From assembly GCA_037447605.1 (NCBI GenBank), contig CM074812.1, positions 310,001-374,000 on the forward strand: a stretch of 64,000 nucleotides of DNA. Reading direction: 5' to 3'. Position 1 is the first letter of the stretch, and every line of letters starts with the position of its first letter. This stretch comes from Zygnema circumcarinatum SAG 698-1b (lineage: Eukaryota > Plantae > Zygnematophyceae). Positions 13,134 through 32,859 of the stretch are shown here, piece by piece. The position numbers and the translations under genes were made by a program. Below the pieces are notes generated by a model, which saw nothing but the letters and a program-made list of their open reading frames with translations, did no database searches and was not told the origin of the DNA.

Positions 13134-13897
13134 GGGTAACTCTACTGCACCCCCGCGTTTTGTCTTTCGCACCCCCCTTTTGAAAATTTTGCCTGCCCGT
13201 TTTGGTACCCACCAGTTTTGAATATTTCGAGAAAAAATCTTTTTCCCGCCCCTCCCGTCCCCTCCGCTCCCTTCCCCTCCCCTCCCCTCCCCTGCCATGT
13301 CCTCCCCGGCCTCCCTCCCTCCCTCCTCCCTCCCTCCCTCCCTCCCTCCCTCCCTTCCCTCCCCTCCCTCAACGCCTTTTTCTGGACATTCCACCCCCTC
13401 GTTTTATCGCCTTTTCACTATTGACTTTAACAATGTGCGACAAAAAAAGGGATTTGCATTGGTCTCAAGATGGTAGAGGCCATCAAATAAACATGGACAA
13501 AAGTCAACATAGAACCACAAGGAAGTACAAAACCGAGACGAGGAGGGCGAGGAGGGAGGGCAAGGAGGGCAGGGCAGGAGGAGAAGATGAGAAGGAGCCA
13601 GGGAGACAGGGCAGGGAGGGAGAGGAAACCAGGAGGAGGGGCAGAGGGAGGAGGGAGGGAGGGCGGGCGGGAGGGAGGGCCGTGGAGGACATGGCAGGGG
13701 AGGGGAGGGGAGGGGAGGAGAGAGCGGGGGAGGGGGGAGAAGGGAAGCAGGGGAGGAGGGGGAGCGGAGGGGACGGGAGGGGCGGGAAAAAGATTTTTTC
13801 CCGAAATATTCAAAACTGGGGGGTACCAAAACGGGCAGGCAAAATTTTCAATAGGGGGGTGCGAAAGACAAAACGCGGGGATGCAGTAGAGTTACCC
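13134..13897. mobile_element. Mutator (MULE)-type MITE with ~200-bp terminal inverted repeats and 9-bp TSD
   Basis: Left end GGGTAACTCTACTGCA.. and right end ..TGCAGTAGAGTTACCC; inverted similarity extends ~200 bp. Identical flanking direct repeat AAACATTAG at 13125-13133 and 13898-13906. No coding capacity. Confidence 0.9.
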
Positions 13898-15006
13898 AAA
13901 CATTAGGGAGGGGTACTGTACTGTATGTGTACCATATGTACGGCAATGTACGGACAAAAAGAGTGGCGTGCCCCCTGCCGACCCCGTGCGACCGTGCCAT
14001 GGATGCCCATGGGGATGGATGCGGCATGGGATGGCACCGTGGCCATGCCGTGAAATGCACATGGACAACAATAACATCAACATGGGGAACCACGAGGACC
14101 CAGTGGTCACAAAGGACCTTGGGCCCAAAGAAACAAGCTATTAATGGAACCCTGCCCTAGTGGGACCATGGGATCGCCCACCATTGGATCAACCATTGGA
14201 CGGCAATGGTTCGCAAGCATTGGGTCCTTTGCGGCCAGTTCCTCGTGGTACCCCATGATGATTATTTTTCCATGTGCAAATGATGGCATTGCCACATCCC
14301 TTTACCCTGTTGGCAACCACTGGATCCAATGGTTGATCGATTGTCCAAGCAGAGTTCATTGATCTTCACATCGCAAACTTGATGCCTTGAAAGGGCCCAA
14401 CAACAACAGCACGGCTCCAGAGGCCCCCGCGATGGCCGCCAACCATTGGTGCCAACCACTGCTCACTAGAAGCACGCTACGGGTAAGATGTGCCCTGGGT
14501 GCTCTGCTTCCAACGTGGAGAGTTCCTATTGGACAATGCTCGATACGATTATACGGAATATCAAACCGTACAGGTGTCGTACCTTGCCTTCATTGCAGCA
14601 CTACAGTACAGAACAAGGACCGGCCCTTGTCGGTACTGGTGTCGGCGCAATCCACTTGTCTGGTAGCGAAGGACGTCTCTGATTGGCTGGAAGTGTACGG
14701 ACGTCCCGACATTTCCGGTGCTCGGCTGCTAGCGAAGATTCGCGGTAGCGATAAACGACAAATGTGATGACGCCTACTGACGTGATTCAACATGTAATTG
14801 TGCAGCTACAGTTGTCAGTTAGGCACGTAACGGCAGCTATCTGACAGCGATCAGGAAGTTATTGAACTAGTTTCATTGTGAACACCATAACGACCTCAGC
14901 GACCCGACAGATCCTGTCCCCACTAGCGACAGTTTTCGGGATTCCCCTTCCCGTCGTCCCCCTTGCAGGCGCCACGTGGCAGCATTCTGAGCCATAGACG
15001 CTTCCC

Positions 15007-21124
<6,118 letters not shown>

Positions 21125-22365
21125 TCGCTCCGGGGATGGATGCATCCTCTCGGTGGCTCCTCTAGCATCTCTCTCTCTTATCTCCCTCTCTCCCTCCCTC
21201 TTTTTCCCTCTCCCTCCCTCTCTCCCGCTCCCTCCCTCTCTCTCTCCCTCTCTCTCGCTCCCTCCCTCCCTTCCTCTCCCCCTCCCTCTCCGTTCCTCTT
21301 TTTCCCCCTCTCGCTCCCTCCCTCCCTTCCTCCCTCTCCCCCTCCCTTCCCTCCCTCTCCCTTCCTCTTTTTCCCTCTCTCCCTCCCTCTCTCCTGCTCC
21401 CTCCCTCCCTCACCCTCTCTCTCGCTTCCTCCCTCCCTTCCTCTCCCCCTCCCCCTCCCTCTCCCTCCCGCTCCCACCCTCTCTCCCTCCTCCCTCTCTG
21501 TCGCTTTCTCCTTCTATCCCTCTCTCCCTCCCCTCTCCCTCCCTCCCTCTCCATCTCTCACTCTCGCTCGCTCTCGTTCTATCCCCCCTTGTTCCTCTTC
21601 CTTTAGGCACATGAGACAGACGTAGGTAGGTCTCCTATAGCAATCAAATCAAATGACCCGCATCTATTTATTTACAAGCACAGGAATGGCCTCCAGTGGC
21701 CCGTTTTATATATAGATAAGGAAGATTCCACAGTTTAAGTTTATACAGTTTGCGAAGAAAAACTGAGTGTAAGTTTGCCAGCTTTTGCAAAAGTTTCGGT
21801 TTTAGATTAGGCCGAATTTCATGGCAAATTCATAAACAACACAAAATAATAATGTTTTTGTTTCCAAAGTGGTTCGGTGTATTTTTTGATGCATTCCATG
21901 TTGAACAACTTTGACAACTCTTGAAGTTCGAACGGAGCAACTTTAGCCCTGCGCGGTTCACCGTTTTACAGTGAACAGAACATTTGAGCATTTGACCTTG
22001 CACTTTGTTGAATTTTGTTAGACATTGCGAGACCATGTTGTGTTCATGAATGGTCGCGGACATGTGTACAATGTTGTGGCTGACATTCGACTTTTGTCGT
22101 TTTCGAGACGTGACAAGTAGTGACCCGCATATGACGTCATTTTATATAGCTCTGACGTATGCTTGTAGGGTTGGTAAGTTCACAGCTTTTCCCTACAAGC
22201 ACTTCGTATGTGTTTGTAACGACTGAAAATGGAAGGATTCACCAATGGGAACTTGCCACGTATGCAGTTTTGTCACGTGGCGCATTTCCATTGGAGATGT
22301 CCGAGTACAGTTTCACTATGGATAAAGAATGTCCTTTTGAGGCTTATTGGGAGGGAGGGGCAGCC

Positions 22366-25300
22366 ATGGCTTCCTCCTTAGAGGCAACCCTAATCTCGCA
22401 CACGCCACGTGGCGTCTCCCTAGACTGCGGCAATGGCCTCTCCTGCCACGTGTCCCTCATCACAGACGCCACGTGTCGCGTCTTCTTTCTCCGTGACGGC
22501 GTCCCCCAGCAGCCGCGCACGTGGACCATCCTCCCGCCGACAGCTGGCGACGACGTTCCATGGGACGGTCTGGACCGCCTCTCTCTCTCCGACTCCTTCC
22601 CTCTCCCTCCCTCTGCCTCTCTCTCTCTCTCGCCCTCTACAGTCACTCTCTCCTCCTCAAAGTTAGTCGCTAAAGTCAACCTCTCCCCTCTGAGGATTCA
22701 ATGGCTGTCAGAAGAAGGAGGAGAGGTTTTCGCCGCTGATCGCTCCTCCCGGCCTTACCTCCTCTCCCAACAGAGCGCCACGTGTCGCCACTACATGCAG
22801 CGTTCCGTTTCCGACGCGTATTACGGACTGGGCGACAAAACTGGGGCCCTAAACCTGCATGGAAGGCGCCTTAGAACTTTACAAACTGACGCATTAGGGT
22901 ACGATCCATTACATGGAGACCCCCTTTACAAGCACTGGCCGTTCCTCATCACGCGCGATGGAACTACGGGCGTGTTCTATGGGGTGCTTTACGACAACAT
23001 GGGGTCTGCAGCTTTCGATTTGGGGTGTGAACATAGCAATTATTTTGGGCTTTACCGCTCGTATGAAGCTGAAATGGGCGATCTTGATTATTATTTCTTG
23101 ATGGGGCCCGGAATCGGCGACGTTATTCGGAATTTTATGGTGCTGACAGGTGGCATGCAGTTAGGGCCTCGCTGGACTCTGGGCTACCACTGTACGGCGA
23201 TGCCTCTTGCAGACGCTCTGAATGCGCAGGAAAGAATCGAAGAATTTATTGAAATGTGCAAAAAATTTGAGGTTCCATGCAGCGCTTTTCACTTCGGGTC
23301 GGGGTATACGAGGTGAGGAGGGAGGGGGGGGGGAACGGCCTGAAATTGAAATGAAATAAAATGAAGTATACATATTTTTTTAAATTGCTTTTTTTTTTGG
23401 TTGAACGCCGTGAAAATGTGAATTCGCAAGAACCCAGAACTTGCGTTTCCGGTTTTTTAAAATCCTGAATTTGAAAAGTTGTCAAGACCATCGAATCCTA
23501 AGAAATATTTTCTTTTTTAGTCCCTTTTTTGTAACGCCAACTCTTTCAAGGGTGTGAGCATCGTTGGATTAGAACTGGTTGTAAAATTTTAAGTTCCATT
23601 TTTCTATTTGGACTTTTTACTACCTCTATAAAGTGATGAAATGTTTCAGATTTTGACCACCCCCCGCCTCCCCTTTTTTCTGCTTTACTTACTGCTTAAT
23701 TCTACATTTTCAGTGCCCCTTATTTTTTCTCTTACCATTTCTAGGATTTGAACCATGTATTATTTTTTTAATTTTTTGATTTTTTTGAATCTACCTGTTC
23801 TATGTCTGACAGTATCGGAACTAAGCGTTACGTCTTCAATTGGAACCGCGAGAAATTCCCAAACCCCCGCGCCTTAATAGAGAAATTTCGAACAGCTGGC
23901 ATGCGCGTAGTGGCCAATCTGAAGCCCTGTCTGCTGTCGGATCACCCGCGGTTCGCTGAGGTGGCACGATCTGGAGCGTTCATTCGCCACGCGTCAACGG
24001 GAGAGCCGTCGATCAGCCAGTTTTGGGATGGAGAGGGAGCCCATTTGGATTTTACGAATGAGGCTGCGATTAAGTGGTGGCAAGAAGGTCTACAATCGGA
24101 AATTTTGGACTACGGAATAAGCTCTGCATGGAACGGTAATTCCCAACTCTCCGGTTTTCATGAATGTGGAATCGAATTGCGTGATTGGGTGCGTTGACTT
24201 TTAGTGCTCTTAGGAGCGTGAAGATTCTTGTGATCCTTTGGACCTCTCTCTCGCTCTCTCACTCTCTCTCTCTCTCTCTCTCCTTCCCTCCCTCTCCCGC
24301 CCCCCTTCCGCCCTCTCCCTTCGCCCCTCCCTACCCCCCTCCCTTCTGCTCCCCCTTCCAGTGTAATTCCCTCCACCAGCACCCTCCCCCCCCCCATTAG
24401 GGAATTTAGGGGGGTTTGAAGGGTTTTTTGGTTCCCACCTCACTCTCCCCCCACTTCCTCCCTCTCAAATCTCCCCCCCCCCCCCCCTTTCTTTCCCCAC
24501 TTCTCCCAACAATCCTCGAACCCGCCTACCGTCACCCTTTCCCCTCCTCCCCCCCCGCCCCTCCCCCCCCTTCCCCCTCTTCCTTCCTCTACTTCCCCTC
24601 CTCTCCTCTCTCGCCCTCTCTCGCCCTCTCTCGCCCTCTCCCACCTCTCTCCCACAAACCCTCTAACACCCCCCCCAACCTCCCCCCCCCCTCCTTCCTC
24701 CCCTTTCCCTCCCCCTCTCTCTCTCCCCCCCCTCTCCGACCTCTCTCTTCCACAAACCCACTAACACCTACCTCCCCTCCCCACTTCCTTCCTCTACTTC
24801 CCCTCCCTTCCTCTCTCGCCCTCTCCCGCCTCTCTCCCACAAACCCTCCACTCTTGCCCCCCTCCCCCCCCCTCCTTCCTCCCCTTTCCCTCCCCCTCTC
24901 TCTCCCCCCTCTCCCCCCTCTCCCTCCCACACACCCTCTAACACCCCCCCCTCCCCCTCCCGGCCTCCCTCCCTCCCTCCCACAGACAACAACGAGTACG
25001 AGGTGTGGGACGAGGCCGCCCTCTCCTCCGCCTTCGGCCTCCCTCTCCCCATCGCCCTCTCCCGCCCCCTCCACGCCCTCCTCATGACCCGCGCCTCCTT
25101 CGAGCAGCAAAAAAAATTTAACCCCAACGAAAGAATTTACACAATTACTCGCGCGGGCTGCCCCGGAATTCAGCGGTACGCTCAAACCTGGTCAGGAGAC
25201 AACACCACCAGCTGGGCCTCCCTCAGATACAACCTCCGAACTGGGCTCCAGCTGTCCCTCTCAGGTGCTTTCAACATAGGTCACGACGTGGGGGGCTTCG

Positions 25301-26205
25301 CTGGGCCCTCCCCTGAACCCGAGCTCCTTGTGCGGTGGGTTCAGAGCGGGATTTTGCATCCACGCTTCATAATGAATTCTTGGAAATCGGACGGTCGAGT
25401 GACGACGCCGTGGCTGCACCCTGAGATGCTGCCACTTGTCAGATGGGCGATACGGCTCCGATATCGGTTGATACCGTACCTGTATTCGATATATCGGGCA
25501 GCTGCCTCGTGGCACGAGCCTATCCTACGGCCTACGTTTTTCGACTTTCCAGATGACGCCACGTGTCGCCTCGAAAACGACGAAATCATGGTCGGTGGGT
25601 GGCTATTGGCCGCTCCGATCGTGACACGTGGCGCTCGGGATCGAAAAGTGTACCTCCCAAAAGGGCCGGTTGGATGGTACGATTTCTATACGGAGGAATT
25701 TTTTCGGGCAGGTGCTGACGTTATCGTCGCGGCGCCGTTGGATCGGATACCGTTGTTTGTGCCAGCTGGCAGTGCGATCCCGCTAACCGACAAGATTGAT
25801 GACTTTAGCCATCTACATGACGAGCCGTCACGCGTGATCCGTGTGTTTCCTGAGCCGTTAATGGCAACGACTCACTGTGGACATGGAACGAGTGCCAGCT
25901 CAGCTACTGAGGGAGCGAATGAGGAGGCGCCACGTCAGCCTAAAATTTTCCGATTGTGGGAAGATGACGGAATTAGTGCCAGCCAATCAGAGGACGCCTT
26001 TCGGATTTTGAGAATCGAAATTTTTTCGACGGAGGAAGTGGTCCGTGTGAACGTGATTTCCGAAAAGGGAAATTTTAAATTGCCGTACGAAAATATTATC
26101 ATTTCTGTCCCCCCAGCTGAGTCTCGGGCAATCGAAATGAAAGTTTCGGGCAGCTCCTTGAAACTTTCGCTGACCCGAGGGCCTTTTCGAATGCACTGTC
26201 TTTGA
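22366..26205 (+). CDS. Glycoside hydrolase family 31 (alpha-glucosidase-like), bacterial Aec37-type, 3 exons
   Basis: Exons 22366-23312, 23813-24135, 24986-26205; an upstream in-frame ATG (MSEYSF..) is an alternative start. Motifs: YYGLGDKTG, GDPLYKHWPF, DLDYYF, PRWTLGY, GYTSIGTKRYVFNWNREKFP, LDFTN, nucleophile WNDNNE, acid/base GHDVGGF, PELLVRW, PLDRIPLF. Confidence 0.93.
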
Positions 26206-26563
26206 AGCTGAAGGTTCAACCCCCCCTTTGTATAATTCTTGCTTGTTAATTCAAAAAAAAAAAAAAAAAAATGTGACGTAGCAATGATGGACATTTCAAT
26301 GCTTTTTGGCGACCATGTGGTTTTACTATTGAAGTTTAAGCTTAATAATAAGTTTAAGTTGAAGTTAAGCTTAATAAGTCTAAGTTGAAGTTAAGCTTAA
26401 TAAGTTCGGACCTGTAACTGTAAGAACTGTAACGGGAACAGTAACTGGAACTCTTTCGATTTTGCAAAGCCTTTTGTTTTTGGTTAACTGAATTTGTGAC
26501 TGGAGCCGTAACAGTGATTCTATGTACCAATGTCCATGTGTCCCTGCAACCAAGTGATAAAAG

Positions 26564-29280
26564 ATGAAAGTTCGATGCCTAAAAAACAAGCATCAATTCA
26601 TTTCATGCCAATTCCATCCTTTGTCCCTCCGAGAAACGCAGGAAGGACCCTATGGACCCCAACTCCCACATGGAAAAGGGTGTGCGCGTAACGTGCAATT
26701 GGATCCGTCGGATGTGCCCTCAGCGGCTCCTGATGTAAGCACGGATGTCTCCCGTACGGTTATGACGTCATCCCTAAATGTGTGTTCCACGGGAATGGTA
26801 ACTGAAGACAAGAATTGTTCAAATTTTCCCTCTGACAGGAGAGTGAGAGAGAACGAGGGAGCGGGGGAGAAGGCGAGTGGGAGTGAGGGAGAGAGGCGGG
26901 GAGAGGGAGAGGGAAAGAGGGAAAGAGGGAAAGAGGGAAAGAGGGAAAGAGGGAAAGAGGGAAAGAGGGAAAGAGGGAGAGAGGGAGAGGGAGTGGAGAG
27001 AGAGAAAGGTGGGGGGATGGGGAGAGAGAGAGAGAGTGTGTGGGAGAGAGCCTTTCCTGATCCCCGTTCATTCAACGGAATGCTCCCTGAAATGGACAGG
27101 AGAAGAGGTGTCTTCAGGGAATCTTCCCAGATGCTTCGTTCCCTCCCCTCCCTCCGCATGCAGGAGGAGGCCGCCCCCTCTCCCAGAGACTACTACTCCC
27201 TCCCTCTCTCTTCCAGACCTCCAGTATTGGCTTCCAAATATGCTGAAGCAGACGCATTTGGCTCTCACTGTAACTCTCAATATTCTGCCGAGGAATATGA
27301 TAGGATGAATGAAGATGCATGCGAGTATGCCGAGGAACGTTCTAGAGAAGAATATGACGCAGAAAGGTTTCATAGAAGAGGAGGAGGTTATCCAAATGAG
27401 GAGTATGCTTCAGAGGAGCTTCCTGCAAGAATGCGTTCTTCTACAGAGAGATGCTACTCTGCAGATATTATTCCGCGGGAAGGAGGGCGGCATTTCAGAG
27501 GCTCCTATAGGAGCTTAGATGCGCATCGTCAGTTTTCTGACATAAAGAACGTGAGCAGTGAAGAGAGAGGCTATTGGCGGAGAGATGATGATGATATGAG
27601 TGAAGAACCGGACGAACCAGTTTTTTGGCAAGAACCAGAGCGGGATTTCACCCTTTCGGAGCCGAGGTCAGTCATTTCTTCATATGCATATGAAGAAAAT
27701 TCACCTCTGGAGAAATACAGGTCCAGAATTTGCCCTCCGGAACCCCTATGTTTTCCCTCGGACGAGTGTGAAATTGGGTTCAATGGATGTGCACATGGGG
27801 AGTCGAGTTCTTTTTATAATTCCCAAAATCAGTCAAATCACAGACATCATCTTCAAAATGAGCTGCATCTGAACCCAAGATACCGCGAAGTGCCTTCCGT
27901 AGAACAGATGCCGAACGGGATTTCCTTTTCTGAGAGCATGGAACGGAGGCAAAGGGGGGGTCTGAGGGAGCCTTCCTTCTCTGTACCACGTGGAATCAAT
28001 GCAGAGAGATCAGGGAGGTTCTTGTCTCCTATTTCTGGTCGTTCTTTCTCTCCCTCTCACACTCCCTCCCTTCTTCCCTCTCACCATCGCTCTCTCCCTC
28101 CCTCGCACTCTCCTCAAACTCCCTCCCTCCTCCCCTCTCACCATCGCTCTCTCCCTCCCTCGCACTCTCCTCAAACTCCCTCCGTCCTCCCCTCTCACCA
28201 CCGCTCTCTCCCTCCCTCCCTCCTTCCCTCTCACCATCGCTCTCCTCACTCTCCACACAATCCCTTTCTCCCTCTCTCTCACTCTCCTCACACTCCCTCT
28301 CTCCCTCCCTCTCACCATCGCTCTCTCCCGCTTTCTAGCCCTCCTCTCCTACCTCACTCTCTCCTCCACCGAAAGAGACCTCGATCCCCTGAAGAAGAGG
28401 CCTCTACACCCGATGAAGCGCATCGAAGGAGGCGTAGGAAGTCGCGGAATGGGCCGCAATATGAAAATAATAGCACCTGCATTCCCGCTACTTCTTCAAA
28501 GGTGTCCAAAGTTTCGAGTACTACTCAAGTACTACATGTCCTCCCTCCCTCCCAGCTTCCTCCCATACTTCCTCTTCCCATTCCTCCGCAGAGTATATTG
28601 GAGAGAAAGCTTTCAACATTGGAAGGATTTATTTTCCACTGCAGTAAGGCAACAATGGTGGAATGCTTACAGCGGAGGCTTTTCGCCGCACCGAGGCAAC
28701 ATTGGAAAGATGTAGAAAGAGTGATTGAGGGGACTAAATTGTTCCTTTTTAATTTCGAGACGAAGGAGATGCATGGATTGTTTCAAGCCGATTGTCAGGG
28801 AAAGATGAATCTTGATCCGGCAGCCTTTCAAGGATCGTATCCTGCACAGGTTAGGAGAGGATGGCTTTCTTCCTCATGTTTGATGAAGTTGCTTTTGTTC
28901 GATTAAGTCGGTAGTAGAACAATTAGGGAGAGAGAGGGAAGGTGTGGGAGAGAGGAGGGATGACTAGGAGAGGAGGAAGCGAAGAGGAGAGTTAAGAACA
29001 TGAACCTTAACAAATAAGCATGCGAAGTATTCAGACAGTCCTAAAGTGAAGGATGGGGTGGGATGCTGTGGTTTGTGTTCCATGTGTTTTCCTTGCAGGT
29101 ACGGGTCCACTGCGTAGAGCAGTTCCCACCGTTGCCGGAAGCGGTCTTCAGAGCTGCAATAGAAGAGAATTATTACTCTCGGACTAAATTCAACTGCGAG
29201 CTGACTTTGGAACAGGTATGGAGGCTTTCATGCATGGAGAGGGAGAGGGCGCGGGGGGGGGGGGGGGGGGNNNNNNNNNN

Positions 29281-29325
<45 letters not shown>

Positions 29326-30611
29326 AGGAGACGAAGTTGAAGTAAAGAGAGAGGTAGAGATAGAATGTAGGTAGAGGTAGAGGTTGTACTTGATTCATAC
29401 TCACAAGAGGGTTTTCTTGCAGGTTGGGAAGCTTATATATCTTTTCCAATCAATTAGGAAGCCTGCAAAACAGAACGGTGAGTTTTTGGAACATAGAAAT
29501 GGTGTAATCTCATTGTTTACCTGAAAACCTAAAGGTGAATGCTGGATGACTGGAAGCCAAGCATATGTAATGCAAATGTCTTAAAATATGAAGAAAACTC
29601 GGTGGTTTCAATCACCCTAAAAGCCCACATACTCGATGATTTTATATCTCAAAATTCCAATACCGAGAATCTCAAATACTGCGAAGCTTATGTCTGGTTT
29701 TGAAAGTGGCAGTTTGGAAAGTAACTGGAGGCTGGAGAAGCCGAGAGAACCTTAGGATAAATGTAAGTCAAAATAAAATAAATGGAATAGATAATACAAA
29801 GAAGAATGAAAACATCAAAAGTTTGCTGAACTAAAGCATTAGGCCTCAAATCCTGCACTTTGTGCTTGTCAGTGGCAACTACAACACAGGGAGTGAAAAA
29901 GAGGAAGGAGGAGGTGAAGGAGAAGAAGGGTGGGAAGGAGGAAAAGGAGGGAAGGGAGAGAGAAGAGTGGACGGTGGAGAAGAATCAAAAGCCTTCGAAA
30001 TGGCCAACTTCTTTGTCTCAAAAGTTGCAAGAAAAGATGGAGGGAGGGTGTGCTGGGAGGAGGAGGAGGAAAGGAGGGTTTGAGGGAGGCTCTTCTGGGG
30101 GGGGAGGAAAGTGTTCTTCTGAAGGAGATGGTACTTCAAAACGTGCAGCGAAGGAGGAGAAAGTAGGTGGGGAAAGGATGCAGGTGGTGGGCGGGAAGGA
30201 GGGGAGAGTGGAGAAGGAGAGGAGGGTGAAACAGGGAAGTTTTAAAGTGAGTGCAGGTGGGAGATGCATGTGCTTTTTCTCTTGCCCGTCGAAACGCACA
30301 TATAATCCTACACGTTATTGTTTATGCACACTCTCTCTCTCCTCCCTCTCTCTCTACTCTCTCCCTCTCTCTCTCGCTATGCTTTACTACCTTTGTTTGT
30401 ATACTTGCGCACCTCCCTCTATCTGCACTATCATCGTGTAAGCAATCACCTTCTGAACATTACTCTTAGGTGAACAGAGAAACTTTCAATGGTGATAGTG
30501 ATCTGAGGCATCGGGTGGGAGACAGATGGAAGAAAGACCCAGTTCATGGAAGCCTTAACGGCAGCTGCAAAGGGGTAGCTTTCGCTGTCAAGGTGAGGGT
30601 CTCTCTCTCTC

Positions 30612-30666
<55 letters not shown>

Positions 30667-31040
30667 ATAAGGGGCTTTGGAGGAAGCTTTCAAGACTCGG
30701 AACGTGCACGCGTTGGAGAAGGAAGGAACATAGGAAGAGTCATAACTTGGAGTACATTGGGACGAGAGTCATGGAACTGTAGAAACAGAGGAAATGTTCT
30801 TAGAAAACATAGATTTCCAGATACTAAAGATGATTTAGACGCAATGTAACAGTAGAAACTTCTTAACACAGAAAAGTGAGCATAGGACAGAAATATAGAT
30901 ACACGTTAACGCAGAAACTGAGGAACATAAAGTGATGATGCGATTGCTGTCGACTCTGTGTGACTCCATGCTTTCTGTTGCAGTCGGAGGGAACGGAGAT
31001 AATGGAGGACTGGTTCGACACGGATCTTCAACGCATGTGA
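26564..31040 (+). CDS. DCD (development and cell death) domain protein with a long low-complexity N-terminus
   Basis: DCD motif LEGFIFHCSKATMVECLQRRLFAAP..GTKLFLFNFETKEMHGLF..MNLDPAAF..YPAQ|VRV..PPLPEAVFRAAIEENYY..KFNCELTLEQ|VGKLIYLF. Exons: ?-28849, 29099-29215, 29423-29477, then probably 29873-30246, 30470-30592, 30984-31040. The start codon and the last three exons are uncertain. Confidence 0.8.
28040..28330 (+). repeat. Coding minisatellite encoding LLPSHHRSLPPSHSPQTPS-like repeats
   Basis: The CCCTCTCACCATCGCTCT core recurs 5 times within the open 780-aa ORF. Confidence 0.8.
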
Positions 31041-31774
31041 AGGGTCACTTGTTCGGAGAACGGTTCATTGTTGTCTATTCACACAATCTTAAAATCTCTC
31101 TCACTCTTTCACACATGTACACACTCTCTCTCGCTCTCTCTCACTCTCTTTCTCCCTCTCGTATACACACAGACACGGGAGTGGAGATTTAAAATTTTTG
31201 CAATAAGCATCGAAACTTTGAGAAGATGCAGCCAAGTACTGGTTAGCAAATGACTAAGCGAAGTGCTTTCAATTAGCTGACTTGTTGGCTTTGGGTATAG
31301 TTCACAAGCTGGATTTTACTCGGCAGGTTTAGCGAGAAAACTTTAAACTTCTGAAGCTCAGTTGCTTTAAGGTTCTTTGAGGAATTGAGCGACTTTGAAA
31401 ATTTGAAATTGACTCGCTTCCAGCAGCACAAAGAAGTGCTTTGTCAACTTGATGACTCTGACCTGCTGAAACATCCAAACCCCAAACCCTTAAAAGTTTC
31501 AGAAGGCCCTAAACACTTAAAAAATATCCCTAAAAGCCCAATAATCATAAAAGCTCCAAATACCCTGAAAGCCAAGATATACTAAAAGTCCAAATACCCC
31601 AAAAGAAAGAAAGTGCGCTCGCACTCTAATCACGCAACAATTCTCTGACGCATTCTTGTGATGCTCTGTTAACTTAAAAGGAAGTATGTGATGACTTTAT
31701 AGAGAGAAGCCGTAGCCGGACATTGTGACATTTGCATTCATAAAACATGAAAAAAGTGGGAAGGATGTGGCGTC

Positions 31775-31877
<103 letters not shown>

Positions 31878-32093
31878 GAAGTCGTACTATGCCACTTCCG
31901 TCCTCCCGCTCCGGTCACTCTCTCCCTTTAGACAGGTTCTCCTACCGTACAGCGTAGACTACTCCAAAGTTCAAAATTCCCAGCCTAAAAAACTGAGCTT
32001 TTTCGCTCTCTTTTTATCACAAATTGTTACTCTAAATCCCTCTTCTGTCCATCTTGCATTCCCCAGCTCCCAAAATTTCCCAGTTTCCCGCTA

Positions 32094-32817
32094 ATGAGTT
32101 TTCATCTCTCCACATGTATCCAAATTTTCCGGCATTCTCTCAGTAAGGGCTCATCCGTGGTCCACGTGGCAGCCGGAGGCGTGCGGAGGCGGCGGATTTC
32201 GCACGTGCGGGAGGCTAAGGAGGAGGAGGAGCTCAATGTGATGAAGGCGGCGGAGCTTCTTCTCGGGCCCTCAAAGCAGCCCGACCGTCTCGGGTGAGAG
32301 AAAAAAAAAATGCATTTTTTCTCAAAAAAAAACGGGTTGAAGTCTAATGCTGGTCTTTACGTTTTAGGGTTTGAGGAGAATTAGCGTTTGAGGTGAATTA
32401 GGGTTTGAGGAGAATTAGGGATTAACGGAAATTAGGGTTGAACCGGCTGTTCAGGTTGGACTTCCACATATGGCAGGCGTTCGTGGCCTGCATGCCGCCT
32501 CTGGGTTCGTTCTTTTGAGGCCTTTCGACCGACCAGCTGAAAATTGAAAGATACATTCAAAGGGAGAAAAATGTTATGAAGTGAGGAAGTCATTTTCTTG
32601 GTTTTCCATGCATGCATGAATGGAGGGGAGGGAGAGGCGAAGAGTTCGATTTCAAGTATTGCACATGTTCTCTCCCTCTCCCTCTCCCTCTCTCTCCCCC
32701 GCGCCCCCCCCGCCCCTTGCCTCCCGCCCTCTCCAGCAATCTCGCCCTCTCTTTCCGCCCTTCTCTCTACTCTCTTCCCTCTGCTCACTCTCCTGTCTCC
32801 TCTCCATTCCCCCCTCC

Positions 32818-32859
<42 letters not shown>

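Noticed and set aside
14387-14793. 126-aa and overlapping ORFs upstream of the amine oxidase
   Set aside because: No recognisable motif or splice structure; probably promoter or repeat-derived sequence.
32360-32440. Telomere-like TTAGGGTTT repeats
   Set aside because: These are a few interrupted telo-box-like units in an intron, not a telomeric array. Similar isolated motifs occur throughout the window.
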